Shown: positions 1 to 11,296, numbered from the stretch's first letter. The stretch: DNA of 64,000 nt from an uncultured cyanobacterium (GCA_963718615.1 OY970368.1:3616001-3680000); one strand, 5' to 3'. The notes: a model not told the origin generated them from the letters alone. Made by a program: numbers and translations.

Positions 1-642
1 AAATCCCGGAAGGAATTTGAAATTTCTCCCATTGAGCCCGCCACCGCTGCCTTTGGCCAGGGCCTTTCCCTAACGCCCTTACAACTGGCGCAGCTCCATG
101 GCACCCTAGCCAATGGGGGTAAGCTCGTCAGCCCCCATGTGGTCAAAGGACTAGTCGACAGCCAAGGTCACTACCAATGGCAGCCCGAACATCCAGACCC
201 CAAAGCGGTCTTTTCACCCCAGACGGCCCAGACCGTGGTTGAAATGATGGAAACAGTGGTCTCCGAGGGATCCGGCAAACCCGCTGCCATTCCGGGCTAT
301 CGCATTGGCGGCAAGACCGGAACAGCCCAAAAGGCAGAGAACGGCGTCTATATTCCAGGGGCTCGGATTACCAGTTTTGTCGGAATTTTGCCCGTGGAAG
401 CGCCTCGGTATGTGGTGGTGGCGGTGGTGGATGAACCCCAGGGTGAAAATGCCTATGGTTCGACGGTGGCTGCACCGATCGTGAAAGAAATTATGCAGTC
501 GGTCGTCAGTGTCATGGGGTTACCGCCCCATCAGCCCGTGGCCCTCGATCAACAAGGAAAACCAGTGGCTGTGGATTTGCGGGGACGTCCGGTGGCGGGT
601 CTGACGCCCAAGACCCATGAGCATGGTGTGTGGGGAGATTAA
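1..642 (+). CDS. ftsI: Penicillin-binding protein (FtsI/PBP2-type transpeptidase), C-terminal part; 5' end lies outside the window
   Basis: Frame is open from base 1 (..[28 protein letters not shown]..). Contains the transpeptidase motif GKTGTAQK. Confidence 0.8.
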   Translation, partial: KSRKEFEISPIEPATAAFGQGLSLTPLQLAQLHGTLANGGKLVSPHVVKGLVDSQGHYQWQPEHPDPKAVFSPQTAQTVVEMMETVVSEGSGKPAAIPGYRIGGKTGTAQKAENGVYIPGARITSFVGILPVEAPRYVVVAVVDEPQGENAYGSTVAAPIVKEIMQSVVSVMGLPPHQPVALDQQGKPVAVDLRGRPVAGLTPKTHEHGVWGD

Positions 643-725
643 AAGCCCCCTCGGCGTCCTGTGCCACAATGGTTGGGTTCGGTCGCGATCGCGACCCGCC
701 TTACCGTGAATCTTCCCGAATCGCT

Positions 726-1136
726 ATGGCCGCGAGCTATTCTGTCTCTGACCCCGTGATCTCCCGCTATTCTCGCAAAACCGTCCAGCGAGCAAGACGA
801 GCCCTCTACTGTGCGCCTTTTCGGCCTGACTTATTTGTTGCGATGCAAACCCAAAGCGTCCCCCTGCGAGAGATTCAAGGTAGCTCGGGTTTGCGTCGAG
901 GCTATAGCCGACGACTGTTGCCCGAGCTGATTGCCGAAAGTCAACTGGTGTGGCTGATTCAGGTAGGGGTGCTGCGACGGGAGGTCGATGGCCAAGGCAT
1001 TACCGATAGCTTTCGACTGACCCCCTTAGGCCGCTGGCTAGTGGACCAATCCTCCCATGACGGTAAATTCCCTCAGGTTTCTCTCTGGGATCGTCTTTAT
1101 AATGCTTGGCAGCGCTGGATTCGGCTGCCAATCTAG
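726..1136 (+). CDS. Conserved cyanobacterial protein (Npun_F0494-like)
   Basis: Contains WLIQVGVLRREVDGQGITDSFRLTPLG. ATG at 726 preferred over the start at 630, which overlaps the previous gene. Confidence 0.75.
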   Translation: MAASYSVSDPVISRYSRKTVQRARRALYCAPFRPDLFVAMQTQSVPLREIQGSSGLRRGYSRRLLPELIAESQLVWLIQVGVLRREVDGQGITDSFRLTPLGRWLVDQSSHDGKFPQVSLWDRLYNAWQRWIRLPI

Positions 1137-1223
1137 TGTTTTGGTCTTCTTGTTTTTGCTTTCTGAACCTGTATTTCCACCTGTGGATCAGCCTTCCGGT
1201 TTTAGCCCTGCTTGTCCCACATT

Positions 1224-1283
1224 TTGAGACCCCTGAGCTTGAGACCCCTGAGCTTGAGACCCCTGAGCTTGAGACCCTTGAAG
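1224..1283. repeat. 15-bp tandem repeat TTGAGACCCCTGAGC, about 4 copies
   Basis: Three perfect copies and one degenerate copy directly upstream of cobQ. Confidence 0.9.
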
Positions 1284-1308
1284 CCCCCCCTGAAGAGTTA
1301 AGTTTGCT

Positions 1309-2802
1309 ATGAAAGCATTGATGGTCGTTGGTACCACGTCCCATGCCGGGAAATCCCTACTCACCGCAGCGATTTGTCGAATTTTGGCACGCCAAGGTTG
1401 GCGGGTCACGCCGTTTAAGGGGCAAAACATGGCGCTGAACTCCTATGTCACCGCCAGTGGTGGGGAGATTGGTTATGCTCAAGCGCTGCAAGCTTGGGCC
1501 GCAGGAATTGCACCTCGGATTGAGATGAATCCGATTTTGCTCAAGCCTCAGGGGGATATGACCTCTCAGGTGGTGTTGGGGGGACGGGTCGTGGGCAAGA
1601 CAACAGCCCAAGATTACTACGAACAGTATTTTGAGCCCGGTTGGCAGGCGATCGAGGAGTCCCTGCGACGGCTGGCGGCGGAGTTTGATGTGGTGGTGTG
1701 CGAGGGGGCAGGTAGCCCAGCAGAAATTAATCTCAAACACCGCGATTTGACGAACATGCGGGTGGCCAAGCATCTCAATGCCACGACGCTGCTGGTGGTG
1801 GATATTGATCGGGGAGGGGCCTTTGCCCATGTGGTCGGGACGTTGGAATTGCTGGATGAGGATGAGCGATCGCTGATCAAAGGCATTGTCATCAACAAAT
1901 TTCGCGGTCAGCGATCGCTCCTACAGTCAGGTATTGATTGGTTAGAGGAACGGACAGGCATTCCGGTGGTGGGAGTGATTCCCTGGATGGAAGATGTTTT
2001 CCCTGCCGAAGATTCTTTGGATTTGATGGAGCGTCGAGGTCGGGCCAAGCAGGCAGATTTGAATGTAAGTGTGGTGCGTTTTCCCCGCATTGCCAACTTC
2101 ACCGACTTTGATCCCCTAGAGGCGGAGCCCTCGGTTGCGGTCAACTATATTAGCCCCCGTGACTCGATTGGTTATCCCGATGCGCTGATTTTACCCGGCT
2201 CCAAAACCACGATCGCGGATCTGCTCTCGATTCAAAAAACAGGTCTCGCCGAAGAAATCAAAAACTACGCCGCTTCCGGGGGAACCGTGCTGGGGATTTG
2301 CGGCGGTTTTCAAATGATGGGTCGCATTTTGGCGGATCCGGAGGGCATTGAGGGACAAGAAGGCCGGTTCCAGGGTCTCGATTTGCTGCCCATGCGAACG
2401 CTGATTGCAGGGGCGAAGATTGCCCGCCAGCGCATGGTCAGTTCCAACTATCCCCAGGCCGGATTGCCGGTGGTGGGGTATGAACTCCACCATGGTCGGA
2501 GCCAACTGTTGGATGCTGATTCGGTACAGAAATTTGGTGAATATCACCCGCTGTTTGATGACCCCAATCTAGGTTTTGTGGACGACACGCTGTCGATTTG
2601 GGGCACCTATCTCCATGGCATTTTTGATAACGGACCTTGGCGACGGGCTTGGCTCAATCGTCTCCGCCAGCAGCGAGGCCTGAAAGCCTTACCGACCGGG
2701 ATTTCAAATTATCGCAACCAGCGAGAGCAACTGCTGGACAATTTAGCAAAGAAGGTTTTAGAAAATCTGGATTTGGATCGCGTGATGAAGCAGATGGACT
2801 AG
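1309..2802 (+). CDS. cobQ: Cobyric acid synthase
   Basis: GTTSHAGKS, PFKGQNMALNS, EGAGSPAEINL, GICGGFQM and GTYLHG motifs. Confidence 0.97.
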   Translation: MKALMVVGTTSHAGKSLLTAAICRILARQGWRVTPFKGQNMALNSYVTASGGEIGYAQALQAWAAGIAPRIEMNPILLKPQGDMTSQVVLGGRVVGKTTAQDYYEQYFEPGWQAIEESLRRLAAEFDVVVCEGAGSPAEINLKHRDLTNMRVAKHLNATTLLVVDIDRGGAFAHVVGTLELLDEDERSLIKGIVINKFRGQRSLLQSGIDWLEERTGIPVVGVIPWMEDVFPAEDSLDLMERRGRAKQADLNVSVVRFPRIANFTDFDPLEAEPSVAVNYISPRDSIGYPDALILPGSKTTIADLLSIQKTGLAEEIKNYAASGGTVLGICGGFQMMGRILADPEGIEGQEGRFQGLDLLPMRTLIAGAKIARQRMVSSNYPQAGLPVVGYELHHGRSQLLDADSVQKFGEYHPLFDDPNLGFVDDTLSIWGTYLHGIFDNGPWRRAWLNRLRQQRGLKALPTGISNYRNQREQLLDNLAKKVLENLDLDRVMKQMD

Positions 2803-2856
2803 GCACACCCAGAACAAAGCCCGCCAAGTCTATTAGGTCTACAGCTAAATCTACTT

Positions 2857-3273
2857 TTACCAATAAGGTCGACCTTTCCAGAACACGCCAATGATCACCC
2901 CCAAGAGGTAATCAAGGGAGCTGGAGGTAAATAGGCCTGGAATTATGCTTCCAAAGAGCGATCGCCCAAACAAAACCACCATTAAACAACCGACCAAGGC
3001 CCAGAGGATCCCCGTTTGGAGTGTAATCCAACCGTAAAGTCGCTCAAACAACAACACCGCCAAAGCCCCCACTAGGGCCGCAATCACCAAACGCAAAATC
3101 TGCCAAAGCGGTCCGCTGAAGAGGAGTTCCCAAACCCCCGAGAGACTGGGAAGTGGCAGGAGAACAAAGACCAGAATTGCTTCAAGAACGGTAATGAGAA
3201 ATACCGCGAGACAGGCAGAGGCAAAAGCCGCTGCCCAGGGCAGTTGACGGAGCTGGCGCAGGGGATCACGCAA
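2857..3273 (-). CDS. Conserved 4-TM membrane protein
   Basis: Hydrophobic 138-aa ORF; MRDPLRQL.. start and ..GVFWKGRPYW end resemble a cyanobacterial family. Confidence 0.7.
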   Translation of the reverse strand: MRDPLRQLRQLPWAAAFASACLAVFLITVLEAILVFVLLPLPSLSGVWELLFSGPLWQILRLVIAALVGALAVLLFERLYGWITLQTGILWALVGCLMVVLFGRSLFGSIIPGLFTSSSLDYLLGVIIGVFWKGRPYW

Positions 3274-3340
3274 GATAAAGTCGACTCGTGAGGGGTGGGT
3301 CTTGAGAGGTGGGTCTTGAGGGGTGGGTATTCAGTGAGTT

Positions 3341-3661
3341 CTATTCGTCTTCTAGATAAGCAACGGTTAGGGCGCAGAGACCAAAGGCCAAGACGAGCGG
3401 CATGGGGGTATTCCAAAGATAGGCGCAGAGACTCGCTAGAGTGGCGATCGCCAATCCCGCCCCGTACCAGGTCCGCTCCGTCGGGCTTAGTCCTTTCTCT
3501 TGCTTAATGGCTTGCAGGACATCTCCGGGAATTGGCTGGGGCAACACCGCTCCGGGCGGAAAAGCCCAGTAATGATAGCGCTCTAAAAACAAATCGGTCC
3601 AGCCATGCTGATCGCACCAATCTTGAATCCATTGATAAGCGTATTTCTTCATATCGTCCAT
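3341..3661 (-). CDS. Conserved hypothetical protein with 2 C-terminal TM helices
   Basis: WIQDWCDQHGWTDLF..YWAFPPGAV motif followed by a hydrophobic C-terminus. Confidence 0.75.
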   Translation of the reverse strand: MDDMKKYAYQWIQDWCDQHGWTDLFLERYHYWAFPPGAVLPQPIPGDVLQAIKQEKGLSPTERTWYGAGLAIATLASLCAYLWNTPMPLVLAFGLCALTVAYLEDE

Positions 3662-4002
3662 CCCCGTTCAACCGGATACTCCATCAATAGCAGGAGCCCC
3701 GATTGCGGCGCAGCCTTCCGATATCAAAGTTTACCTACCGGGTGGGTTTCTTTAAGTTCCGTGAGATAAACAAGCGGTTTTGCAGGCGAGGTTTTACAAA
3801 TTGAGGAGCCGAGATGCCTAGGGTGCTCAAAATTCCCCGTAACGATGTAGAGATCGGCTCTAGCCTCAGTACGTTCTGAAGTAAGCGAAGATTGCATTCC
3901 CCTCTAAAATGTTTTATGTTCCGACATAGCCTGATTGAGAAGCTGGTGCAAGGCATTTTTATCCTTCGCTAGCCCAGGAGCCATCTAGCAGGGGGAAGCA
4001 TA

Positions 4003-5487
4003 GTGAGTGCTCTAGAGCCGATTCAGTTGGAGAAATTGCGTGAGATTGGTGCGCTTCTCCAACGGGAACGAGAAAGACAAGGCTTAGATTTGGAAGATGT
4101 TTCGGCTCAAACGCTGATTCGGCCTGCCATTTTGAAGGCGATTGAGGCCGCCGATGCCCGTCCATTGCCCGAGCCGGTTTATCTCAAAGGTTTTATTCGT
4201 CGCTATGGCGATCTTTTAGGATTATCAGGCGTTGCCCTGTCCGATAGTTTTCCCTGGGAGCCCTCCGGCTTTGTTCCGGCGGCCTTTGTGGCAACGGGTG
4301 TGACGACGGCAGCTACGGTGGATGAGGGACCGAAGCGATCGCCCTTCCCCCGAGCGCAGGCCCGCGTGGTAGAACCGGATCCGGTTTTACCCGACGAAGT
4401 TTTACCCGACGAAGTTTTACCCGAAGACAATGCAGAGTTGGAAGCAGAACTAGAAACGGAGCTGCTCTTGGATCGGGCTGAGTTTAACGCGGATGATTCT
4501 ATCCCCTCAGAGTCTGTTTCAGCTTCTAGTCCAGCCGAGTTAGTTCAAACTGAGTCAGTTCAAACTGAAGCTTTACCCATCCCCTTACCCATACCCACTG
4601 AACCGATTCAGCCTAGATCCTTTGACAGCCGTCCTGAACTTCCTCTAGACCCCTTTACACAGCTCCCCCTTACACAGCCCCCCCTATCCCCTCCTGAGCC
4701 CCCTGAAGAATCGCTAGAGTTTAGCCAGCCAGCGCCAGAACCCATACCAGAACCCATACCAGAACCCATCACGGTTGTGCCTCCGGTGGTTCCCCCCACT
4801 TCCAACCCATCCGTTCCAAATACACCCGCTCCAAACCCATTCTCGGAACCCGTGACCCCTGCCCCGGTGCCCTTGGCCCCAGCCGCTACAATGCTGCCAC
4901 CCCCGCCCGTGGCTGTGCCATTACGGGAAGAGGAAGAGTCACGCTCGGGTTTGCCGCTACCTCTGTTGGCCCTAGGGATGGTGCTGTTGGGATTGGGCTT
5001 GGCAATCGCCGCGAGTCTAGGAAACCGCACGCCCCAACCCACTACAACTCCCAATGGTTCCACGACCACGGGTTCCACGACCACGGGTTCCACAACCACG
5101 GGTTCCACAACATCCCCTAAGGACGCAGCCGCGAATCCCTCTAGCCCAGTTGCTGCAACAGCGTCAGCCTCACCGACCCAACCTAAACCAACCCCTTCAG
5201 CCCGTCCCAAGGCCGGTCAGGTTTCCCTGGCGGTAGATATCAAAAATTTAGGCGGGGAGGAAGCCTGGATAGAAGTTTATGTAGATGGTGAACTGAAGCT
5301 TGAAGGCAATCAGCAACCAGGCTTTAAGCAAACTTGGACAGGTCAACGGGAAATTCAGTTCGCCACCGCGCGGCCTGATATCGTTCAGCTTTCGGTTGAC
5401 GGTGCGCCAATGCAGCCCTTTGGCAAGCTTTCAGAGCTGTCGGCGACCAATCCGGCCAAGGTAGCTTCCTTCAAACCAGCTCAATGA
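4003..5487 (+). CDS. rodZ: RodZ-like protein (HTH_25, Pro-rich linker, TM helix, DUF4115)
   Basis: N-terminal IGALLQRERERQGLDLEDVS..LPEPVYLKGFIRRYG, one TM helix, C-terminal WIEVYVDG..QTWTG. Confidence 0.85.
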   Translation: MSALEPIQLEKLREIGALLQRERERQGLDLEDVSAQTLIRPAILKAIEAADARPLPEPVYLKGFIRRYGDLLGLSGVALSDSFPWEPSGFVPAAFVATGVTTAATVDEGPKRSPFPRAQARVVEPDPVLPDEVLPDEVLPEDNAELEAELETELLLDRAEFNADDSIPSESVSASSPAELVQTESVQTEALPIPLPIPTEPIQPRSFDSRPELPLDPFTQLPLTQPPLSPPEPPEESLEFSQPAPEPIPEPIPEPITVVPPVVPPTSNPSVPNTPAPNPFSEPVTPAPVPLAPAATMLPPPPVAVPLREEEESRSGLPLPLLALGMVLLGLGLAIAASLGNRTPQPTTTPNGSTTTGSTTTGSTTTGSTTSPKDAAANPSSPVAATASASPTQPKPTPSARPKAGQVSLAVDIKNLGGEEAWIEVYVDGELKLEGNQQPGFKQTWTGQREIQFATARPDIVQLSVDGAPMQPFGKLSELSATNPAKVASFKPAQ

Positions 5488-6668
5488 GCACGGGCATTGC
5501 CCCTCGGGTTTTGATCCTAGGGGGAACGGGACGGATTGGGACAGCGGTGGCCCTGGATTTGCTGCGATATAGTGAAGCCCATCTGATCCTGGCAAGCCGT
5601 CAGTCTCGTCTCCCTGCCTCGCTCACAGCGGTTGAGGCGACCGGACGGGTGGAGCGCTTAGCGTTGAATTTGGAGCAGGCAGAGGCATTGCAAAGGGCGA
5701 TCGCCTCAGTTCAGTTGGTCATTCACTGCGCTGGTCCTTTCCGCCATCGCGATCTGCGGGTTTTGCAAGGCTGTATTGCGGCGCGGGTGCCCTATCTGGA
5801 TGTGGCGGATTCGTCGGACTATGTGCGATCGGCCCTGGCACTCCGCAAGGCAGCAGCGGCAGCGGGGGTGACCGCCATCGTCAGCACGGGGGTCTTTCCT
5901 GGTATTTCCAACAGCATGGTGCGTTTGGCAGCTGAACCCTTTGAGCGCATTGACCAAATCCAACTCAACTATGCCGTTGCCGGATCGGGCGGAGCAGGGC
6001 TGACGGTTCTGCGAACCACCTTTTTGGAGTTGCAGCACCCTTTTGAAGCTTGGCTCGAAGGTCGCTGGCAAACGGTCCAGCCTTACAGTCAGCCAGAGCC
6101 CGTGACCTTTCCCGCCCCCTACGGCACCGTCCCCGTTTACTGGTTTAACACCAGCGAAGCCGCTACGCTGCCCAAAAGTTTTGCGGCCCAGACGGTGATC
6201 ACCAAATTTGGATCGCTGCCCCAGGCGTATAACCGCCTCACCGCTGCCATGACCCGAGCGCCTTGGCGGGCCCTGTTAAACCAACCCTGGGCAGTTGAAC
6301 GATTGGCGCGGGTGAGCTATGCCATGACCCAGGTGAGCGATCGCTTCAGCGGTGTCGGTCTTGCCATGCAGGCTCGTGTTACAGGGATTCTCCTCGGGGA
6401 TGCCCAGATCGGGGATGCCCAGCTCGTCGATAGTCCACAAGATCCACCTCGACCCTCGACCCATCAAGTTACGTTTTGTCATCCCCACACCGCCGGGGCT
6501 GCCGGGGTCGGAACCGGGGCGATCGCAACCGCTATACTCACCGGACGACTGCAAAAACCAGGGGTTTGGCCCGTGGAACAGGCAATCTCCAATGCCCTAT
6601 TTCTGCGGGCATTGGCGGACCGTCAGCTAAGCCAGCAGCTCCATTTAGAAAATTTAGCAATCGGTTAG
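5484..6668 (+). CDS. Saccharopine dehydrogenase-family oxidoreductase
   Basis: GGTGRIG Rossmann motif, HCAGPF, GVFPGISN. ATGA overlap with rodZ. Confidence 0.88.
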   Translation: MSTGIAPRVLILGGTGRIGTAVALDLLRYSEAHLILASRQSRLPASLTAVEATGRVERLALNLEQAEALQRAIASVQLVIHCAGPFRHRDLRVLQGCIAARVPYLDVADSSDYVRSALALRKAAAAAGVTAIVSTGVFPGISNSMVRLAAEPFERIDQIQLNYAVAGSGGAGLTVLRTTFLELQHPFEAWLEGRWQTVQPYSQPEPVTFPAPYGTVPVYWFNTSEAATLPKSFAAQTVITKFGSLPQAYNRLTAAMTRAPWRALLNQPWAVERLARVSYAMTQVSDRFSGVGLAMQARVTGILLGDAQIGDAQLVDSPQDPPRPSTHQVTFCHPHTAGAAGVGTGAIATAILTGRLQKPGVWPVEQAISNALFLRALADRQLSQQLHLENLAIG

Positions 6669-6876
6669 AGATCGGTTCAGAGATAGCTGAGAGACAGCTG
6701 AGAGCCCTAGATTGCAGCCGGGGCGCAACCATTGCGAAATGCAAAGCAAGCAGGACTGGGCGATCGCCAAATCGTCCAAAGATTACGATTCTTCGTGCTT
6801 TTTGGAACAGCGGGAGGTCGACGGTGCTAGGATTGCCACAGATACAAGAAGGATAAAGAAGGAAGAAAAGAAGTAG

Positions 6877-9024
6877 ATGCAAGAAATCGATAAGTCGATA
6901 TCCTTCGACGGTAGGGATATCAGACTGAAGGCAGGCCTACTCGCTCCACAGGCCGGTGGTTGTGTGCTCATTCAGTCGGGAGAAACGGCGGTTCTGGTCA
7001 CGGCGACCCGAGGTAAAGGCCGAGACGGCATTGATTTTTTACCCCTGGTTGTAGATTACGAAGAACGTCTCTATGCCGCAGGTCGGATTCCTGGCGGTTT
7101 TCTACGGCGAGAAGGACGACCTCCGGAAAAGGCAATTTTGGTAAGTCGATTGATCGATCGCCCGATGCGACCGCTCTTTCCCCAGTGGATCCGAGACGAT
7201 ATCCAGATTGTGGCTACGACATTGTCCCTCGACGAAAGCGTACCACCGGATGTTTTGGCGGTAACCGGGGCTTCGATCGCCACGTTAATTGCTCAAATTC
7301 CCTTCTATGGACCGATGGCTGCGGTCCGCGTGGGTCTAGTGGGCGACGACTTCATCATCAACCCCACCTACGATGAAGTCGACAATGGGGACCTCGACTT
7401 AGTCGTCGCAGGGTCGCCCGAAGGCATCATCATGGTGGAAGCTGGGGCCAACCAACTGCCCGAGCAGGATGTCATTGAGGCGATCGAGTTTGGCTACGAG
7501 GCCGTTCAAGATCTGATCCAGGCCCAGCGGGAGCTATTAGACGAACTGGGTCTGACCCAAGTCATGCCCGTCCCCCCCGAAGAAGACAACACGGTGATGG
7601 ACTTCGTCACCCAGAAGGGGAAGAAAGGCATTACTAAGATCCTGGCGGCCCAGGCGGACAAGACCACCCGTGATGCGGCCCTAGATGAGCTCAAAGACGA
7701 GGTTGCTGCCGAAATCACTGCTATGGCTGAGGATGAGCCTGTGCGGGTGGCGGTGGACACAGACAGCAAAGTCTTTGCCAACAGCTTTAAGGCTCTGACC
7801 AAGCAGCTCATGCGTCAGCGGGTGTTGGACGAAGGGATCCGGGTTGATGGGCGCAAACTGGATGAAGTTCGTCCAATTTCCTGCCGAACGGGATTACTGC
7901 CTGCTCGGGTCCATGGCTGCGGTCTATTCCAGCGGGGTCTCACCCAGGTAATGTCGATTACGACGCTGGGAACCCCTGGAGATGCTCAGATGATGGACGA
8001 TCTCCACCCCGATACGGAGAAGCGTTATCTCCACCACTATAATTTCCCTCCCTATTCTGTTGGGGAAGCACGACCGATGCGATCGCCCGGTCGTCGCGAG
8101 GTGGGCCACGGGGCCTTAGCGGAGCGTGCCATCATCCCTGTCCTCCCCCCCCAAAAGGATTTCCCCTACGTCATTCGGGTGGTGTCTGAGGTGCTCTCCT
8201 CGGACGGCTCTACCTCCATGGGGTCAGTGTGTGGTTCAACCCTCTCGCTGATGCATGCAGGGGTCCCCATTATCAAGCCGGTGAGCGGCGCGGCCATGGG
8301 GCTGATCAAAGAGGGAGAAGAGGTTCGTATCCTGACTGACATTCAGGGGCTCGAAGACTTCCTGGGCGACATGGATTTCAAAGTAGCCGGAACCGACGAC
8401 GGTATCACAGCGCTGCAAATGGACATGAAAATCCATGGACTGCCGGTTGAGACGATCGCCATTGCGATTAATCAAGCCCGTCCGGCACGGCTGCACATCC
8501 TCAACAAAATGTTGGAAGCGATTGACGTTCCCTCAACGGAAATCTCGCCCTATGCACCCCGTCTGATGACGATCAAGATCGATCCGGATTTGATCGGCTT
8601 GGTGATTGGACCGGGCGGTAAAACCATTAAAGGCATTACCGAACGGACAGGGGCCAAGGTGGATATCGCAGACGACGGCACCGTTGTGATTTCTTCCATC
8701 GATGGGGCGGGGGCAAAACAAGCCCGTGCCATTATCGAAGGGATGACCAAGCGCGTCAGCGCCGGGGATGTCTACGCGGGTAAGGTCACACGGATTATTC
8801 CGATTGGGGCGTTTGTGGAGTTCCTTCCTGGCAAAGAAGGCATGATCCACATTTCTCAGTTGGCCGAACACCGCGTTGGCAAGGTTGAGGATGAGGTCTC
8901 CGTGGGAGATTCTGTCGTCATCAAGGTTCGAGAAATCGACAGCCGTAACCGGATTAATCTGACCCGTTTAGGGATTCATCCCGACGAAGCAGAGCGGGTG
9001 CTGGCTGAAGCCGGTTTGGGCTAG
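6877..9024 (+). CDS. pnp: Polyribonucleotide nucleotidyltransferase (PNPase)
   Basis: Two RNase PH domains ([31 protein letters not shown]) plus KH and S1 domains. Confidence 0.98.
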   Translation: MQEIDKSISFDGRDIRLKAGLLAPQAGGCVLIQSGETAVLVTATRGKGRDGIDFLPLVVDYEERLYAAGRIPGGFLRREGRPPEKAILVSRLIDRPMRPLFPQWIRDDIQIVATTLSLDESVPPDVLAVTGASIATLIAQIPFYGPMAAVRVGLVGDDFIINPTYDEVDNGDLDLVVAGSPEGIIMVEAGANQLPEQDVIEAIEFGYEAVQDLIQAQRELLDELGLTQVMPVPPEEDNTVMDFVTQKGKKGITKILAAQADKTTRDAALDELKDEVAAEITAMAEDEPVRVAVDTDSKVFANSFKALTKQLMRQRVLDEGIRVDGRKLDEVRPISCRTGLLPARVHGCGLFQRGLTQVMSITTLGTPGDAQMMDDLHPDTEKRYLHHYNFPPYSVGEARPMRSPGRREVGHGALAERAIIPVLPPQKDFPYVIRVVSEVLSSDGSTSMGSVCGSTLSLMHAGVPIIKPVSGAAMGLIKEGEEVRILTDIQGLEDFLGDMDFKVAGTDDGITALQMDMKIHGLPVETIAIAINQARPARLHILNKMLEAIDVPSTEISPYAPRLMTIKIDPDLIGLVIGPGGKTIKGITERTGAKVDIADDGTVVISSIDGAGAKQARAIIEGMTKRVSAGDVYAGKVTRIIPIGAFVEFLPGKEGMIHISQLAEHRVGKVEDEVSVGDSVVIKVREIDSRNRINLTRLGIHPDEAERVLAEAGLG

Positions 9025-9051
9025 TTAGCCTGACCAACGAAAGGATTCAAG

Positions 9052-9083
9052 AGAGGTGCGGGATTTTTCCTCACCTCTTTTTT
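9052..9083 (+). terminator. Intrinsic terminator of pnp
   Basis: AGAGGTG..CACCTCT stem followed by a T-run. Confidence 0.8.
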
Positions 9084-9146
9084 ATGACCCATTGATTGTA
9101 TAAACCATTGGGTCAGTTGTTCATCTGGGTTGGCTGAAAAGGAACA

Positions 9147-9866
9147 TTGACTATGCTTGCATATCATTCCTCGACTCGTTTAAGCGATTTTATCCGAAGG
9201 AGAATTCTCTTCATCGCGGTGGCGATCGCGATTGGTTTCTTAGCCGTTTCCTGTACGAAGACAGAGCCAAAAACAACCGTTACTGCGGCTGCGGGCATTG
9301 CACCTCAGCAGGTAGCAGACTATATTCATGCGGTTTTAGCAGCGGATCGCACCGCCTATAGCCAGCACGTAGTGAATCGCGCTAAACAGCTAGAAGGCCA
9401 AAAACAAACGAATGGAGTTATAAACACCAATGTAGCTGAAGCTTGGCAACAAGTGGATGGAATTCCACTCCCAGCTCAAATGTTTCGATTGGGAGCTGAA
9501 ATTGCGTCCGAGGATGGAACCTTCACGTATGGTCTAATTTCGCCTTGGAATATCAACGATAACCAATCGCCAAAAAACGAGTTTGAAAAAACGGCGATGC
9601 AAACAGTCATTGAAACGGGTGAACCCTTCAAGGATTATCAAGAAATTGGAGGCAAGCCATATTTCTCGGTACTCTATCCAGATCAGGCGATCGCTGAATC
9701 CTGTATCACTTGCCACAACAATCACCCCATTCACAAAGCGCGTTATCCCGATAAAGTCTTTAAAATGGGAGAGGTGATGGGCGGTATTATCATCAATTTA
9801 CCTTTGGAAAATTTATCCTTAGGAACAAGGATTGAAAAGAGCTTGCTGAAAAAACAAAATCAATAG
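9147..9866 (+). CDS. DUF3365/Tll0287-like heme c protein, probably exported
   Basis: Hydrophobic signal ending in LAVSC (lipobox-like), PLPAQMFR motif, CITCH heme-binding motif. Start uncertain. Confidence 0.8.
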   Translation: MTMLAYHSSTRLSDFIRRRILFIAVAIAIGFLAVSCTKTEPKTTVTAAAGIAPQQVADYIHAVLAADRTAYSQHVVNRAKQLEGQKQTNGVINTNVAEAWQQVDGIPLPAQMFRLGAEIASEDGTFTYGLISPWNINDNQSPKNEFEKTAMQTVIETGEPFKDYQEIGGKPYFSVLYPDQAIAESCITCHNNHPIHKARYPDKVFKMGEVMGGIIINLPLENLSLGTRIEKSLLKKQNQ

Positions 9867-10129
9867 ACCTCTTGCACGGATGCCATCTTGAGGATTGAAA
9901 CCCTATTGAATTCGTTAAGTTTCATGATTTATGCAAGAGGTCTATTGATATACCGTCCTTACAACCAATAAAAGCATCAGTAAGTGCGAGGTCAATTTAC
10001 GCATCCTCGACGTTTCAGCCGATTTAGCCTTGCGTTTGGAAATCTAAGGCCCTTAAAAAAATAGATTTTGGGAAGGAGCCTATAAGGGTTTCAAGCCATG
10101 TTTGGCTAGAGGAGACTTTTTCAGCAAGC
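9841..10129. mobile_element. MITE-like / IS-end remnant with a nested inverted repeat
   Basis: 13-bp IR GCTTGCTGAAAAA (9841-9853 / 10117-10129) encloses an 18-bp perfect IR ATCAATAGACCTCTTGCA (9859-9876 / 9932-9949). No transposase. Confidence 0.6.
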
Positions 10130-10350
10130 CTTACTTCAAGCTGAACCCGCTCAAATCAAGCTCGCTCATGCGCCTCCCGTTGCTGACATGCTGCAAAGGC
10201 AATAGTTCGAGATGGCTTCTTCTCTGAAGTCACTCTTCCGGTTGGAAATAGACAGCTACTATAGGGGCTATGGGAGTGATTTGTCTAAGATGGGCCACAG
10301 GTTGGCCTTGGATGCCGCTTCTATCCTAGGGCGAGCAAGGGCTGTGGGTA

Positions 10351-11208
10351 TTAGGCATTGGCATCCTGATGCTCCTCCCTGTAGGCACAGGACTTGGTGC
10401 TCTTGTTTGGCTGAGCTAAGGGGTGCAGAAGTTGTCCCACTAAAGATGAAGAGACTAATTCATCAATCCCGTATTTGCTAGGCCACCGGTGCTTGGGTAG
10501 ATAGAATGTACCAAACATCTTGTCTATCCAAGGGAAAATAGCAGCATAGTTCTTGTCAAAATACTCTGGATCATCATTGGTGTGATGCCAATGGTGAAAA
10601 GCGGGGGTTGCAACCAATCTCTCCAACCAACCAAAACGCCAGCGAACATTGGCATGGACGAAGAAACTCCAAATTGTCCCAAAGACCATATAGAGTAATG
10701 GGATGATATCCGCTGTATCCGCCGTGGGCTGTGCCAAACCCATTAGATAGAGCGGCACCAAGCCACAAAGTCGAATAAAAAACATGTCTAAAGGATGGGC
10801 GCGGGTATTGACGAGCCAGTCCATTGCCTTGGCGCTATGGTGGATTGCATGGAATCGCCATAGGAAGGGAAACTCGTGCATCCAGCGATGTCCCCAATAG
10901 GCCCCAAATTCACCCACGATAATGGCTAGGAGAAAGCGCGTCCCGACCGATAGGCTTGCAACCCCCGCGTATAGGCCAGTGGGTTCAAGGCGATGAACGG
11001 CCCAGGCAAGGATTGATAGTGGCAGGACTAAGAGGAATTTAGGTAAAAGACTGTTTAGGAAATAATAGAGTAAATCGATTAGAAATTCTTGACGGAATAC
11101 TTTTTGTTTGTGCTGAGGGCTGAGCCTTTCCAGGGGCACAAAAATGAGCAGCAACAGGCCTAACCAAACCGATAGTCTCAGGGCATCTACAAGGAGTGAT
11201 GAGATCAT
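10351..11208 (-). CDS. Sterol desaturase / fatty-acid hydroxylase family protein
   Basis: His boxes HRWMH, HAIHH, HAN and HHWHH; several TM segments. Confidence 0.92.
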   Translation of the reverse strand: MISSLLVDALRLSVWLGLLLLIFVPLERLSPQHKQKVFRQEFLIDLLYYFLNSLLPKFLLVLPLSILAWAVHRLEPTGLYAGVASLSVGTRFLLAIIVGEFGAYWGHRWMHEFPFLWRFHAIHHSAKAMDWLVNTRAHPLDMFFIRLCGLVPLYLMGLAQPTADTADIIPLLYMVFGTIWSFFVHANVRWRFGWLERLVATPAFHHWHHTNDDPEYFDKNYAAIFPWIDKMFGTFYLPKHRWPSKYGIDELVSSSLVGQLLHPLAQPNKSTKSCAYREEHQDANA

Positions 11209-11258
11209 GTTTTTTGGGTAGATTAACTAACCTATTGTTTGGCGTACAGATATAGTAG

Positions 11259-11296
11259 AACTACCTATGCTAGCGACTAAGGCAGCATAGGTAGTT
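11259..11296. terminator. Stem-loop between the PTPA-CTERM gene and the desaturase
   Basis: 13-bp perfect IR AACTACCTATGCT / AGCATAGGTAGTT. Confidence 0.55.

Noticed and set aside
1224-1283. Possible CRISPR array
   Set aside because: Contiguous 15-bp units with no spacers, and no cas genes in the window.
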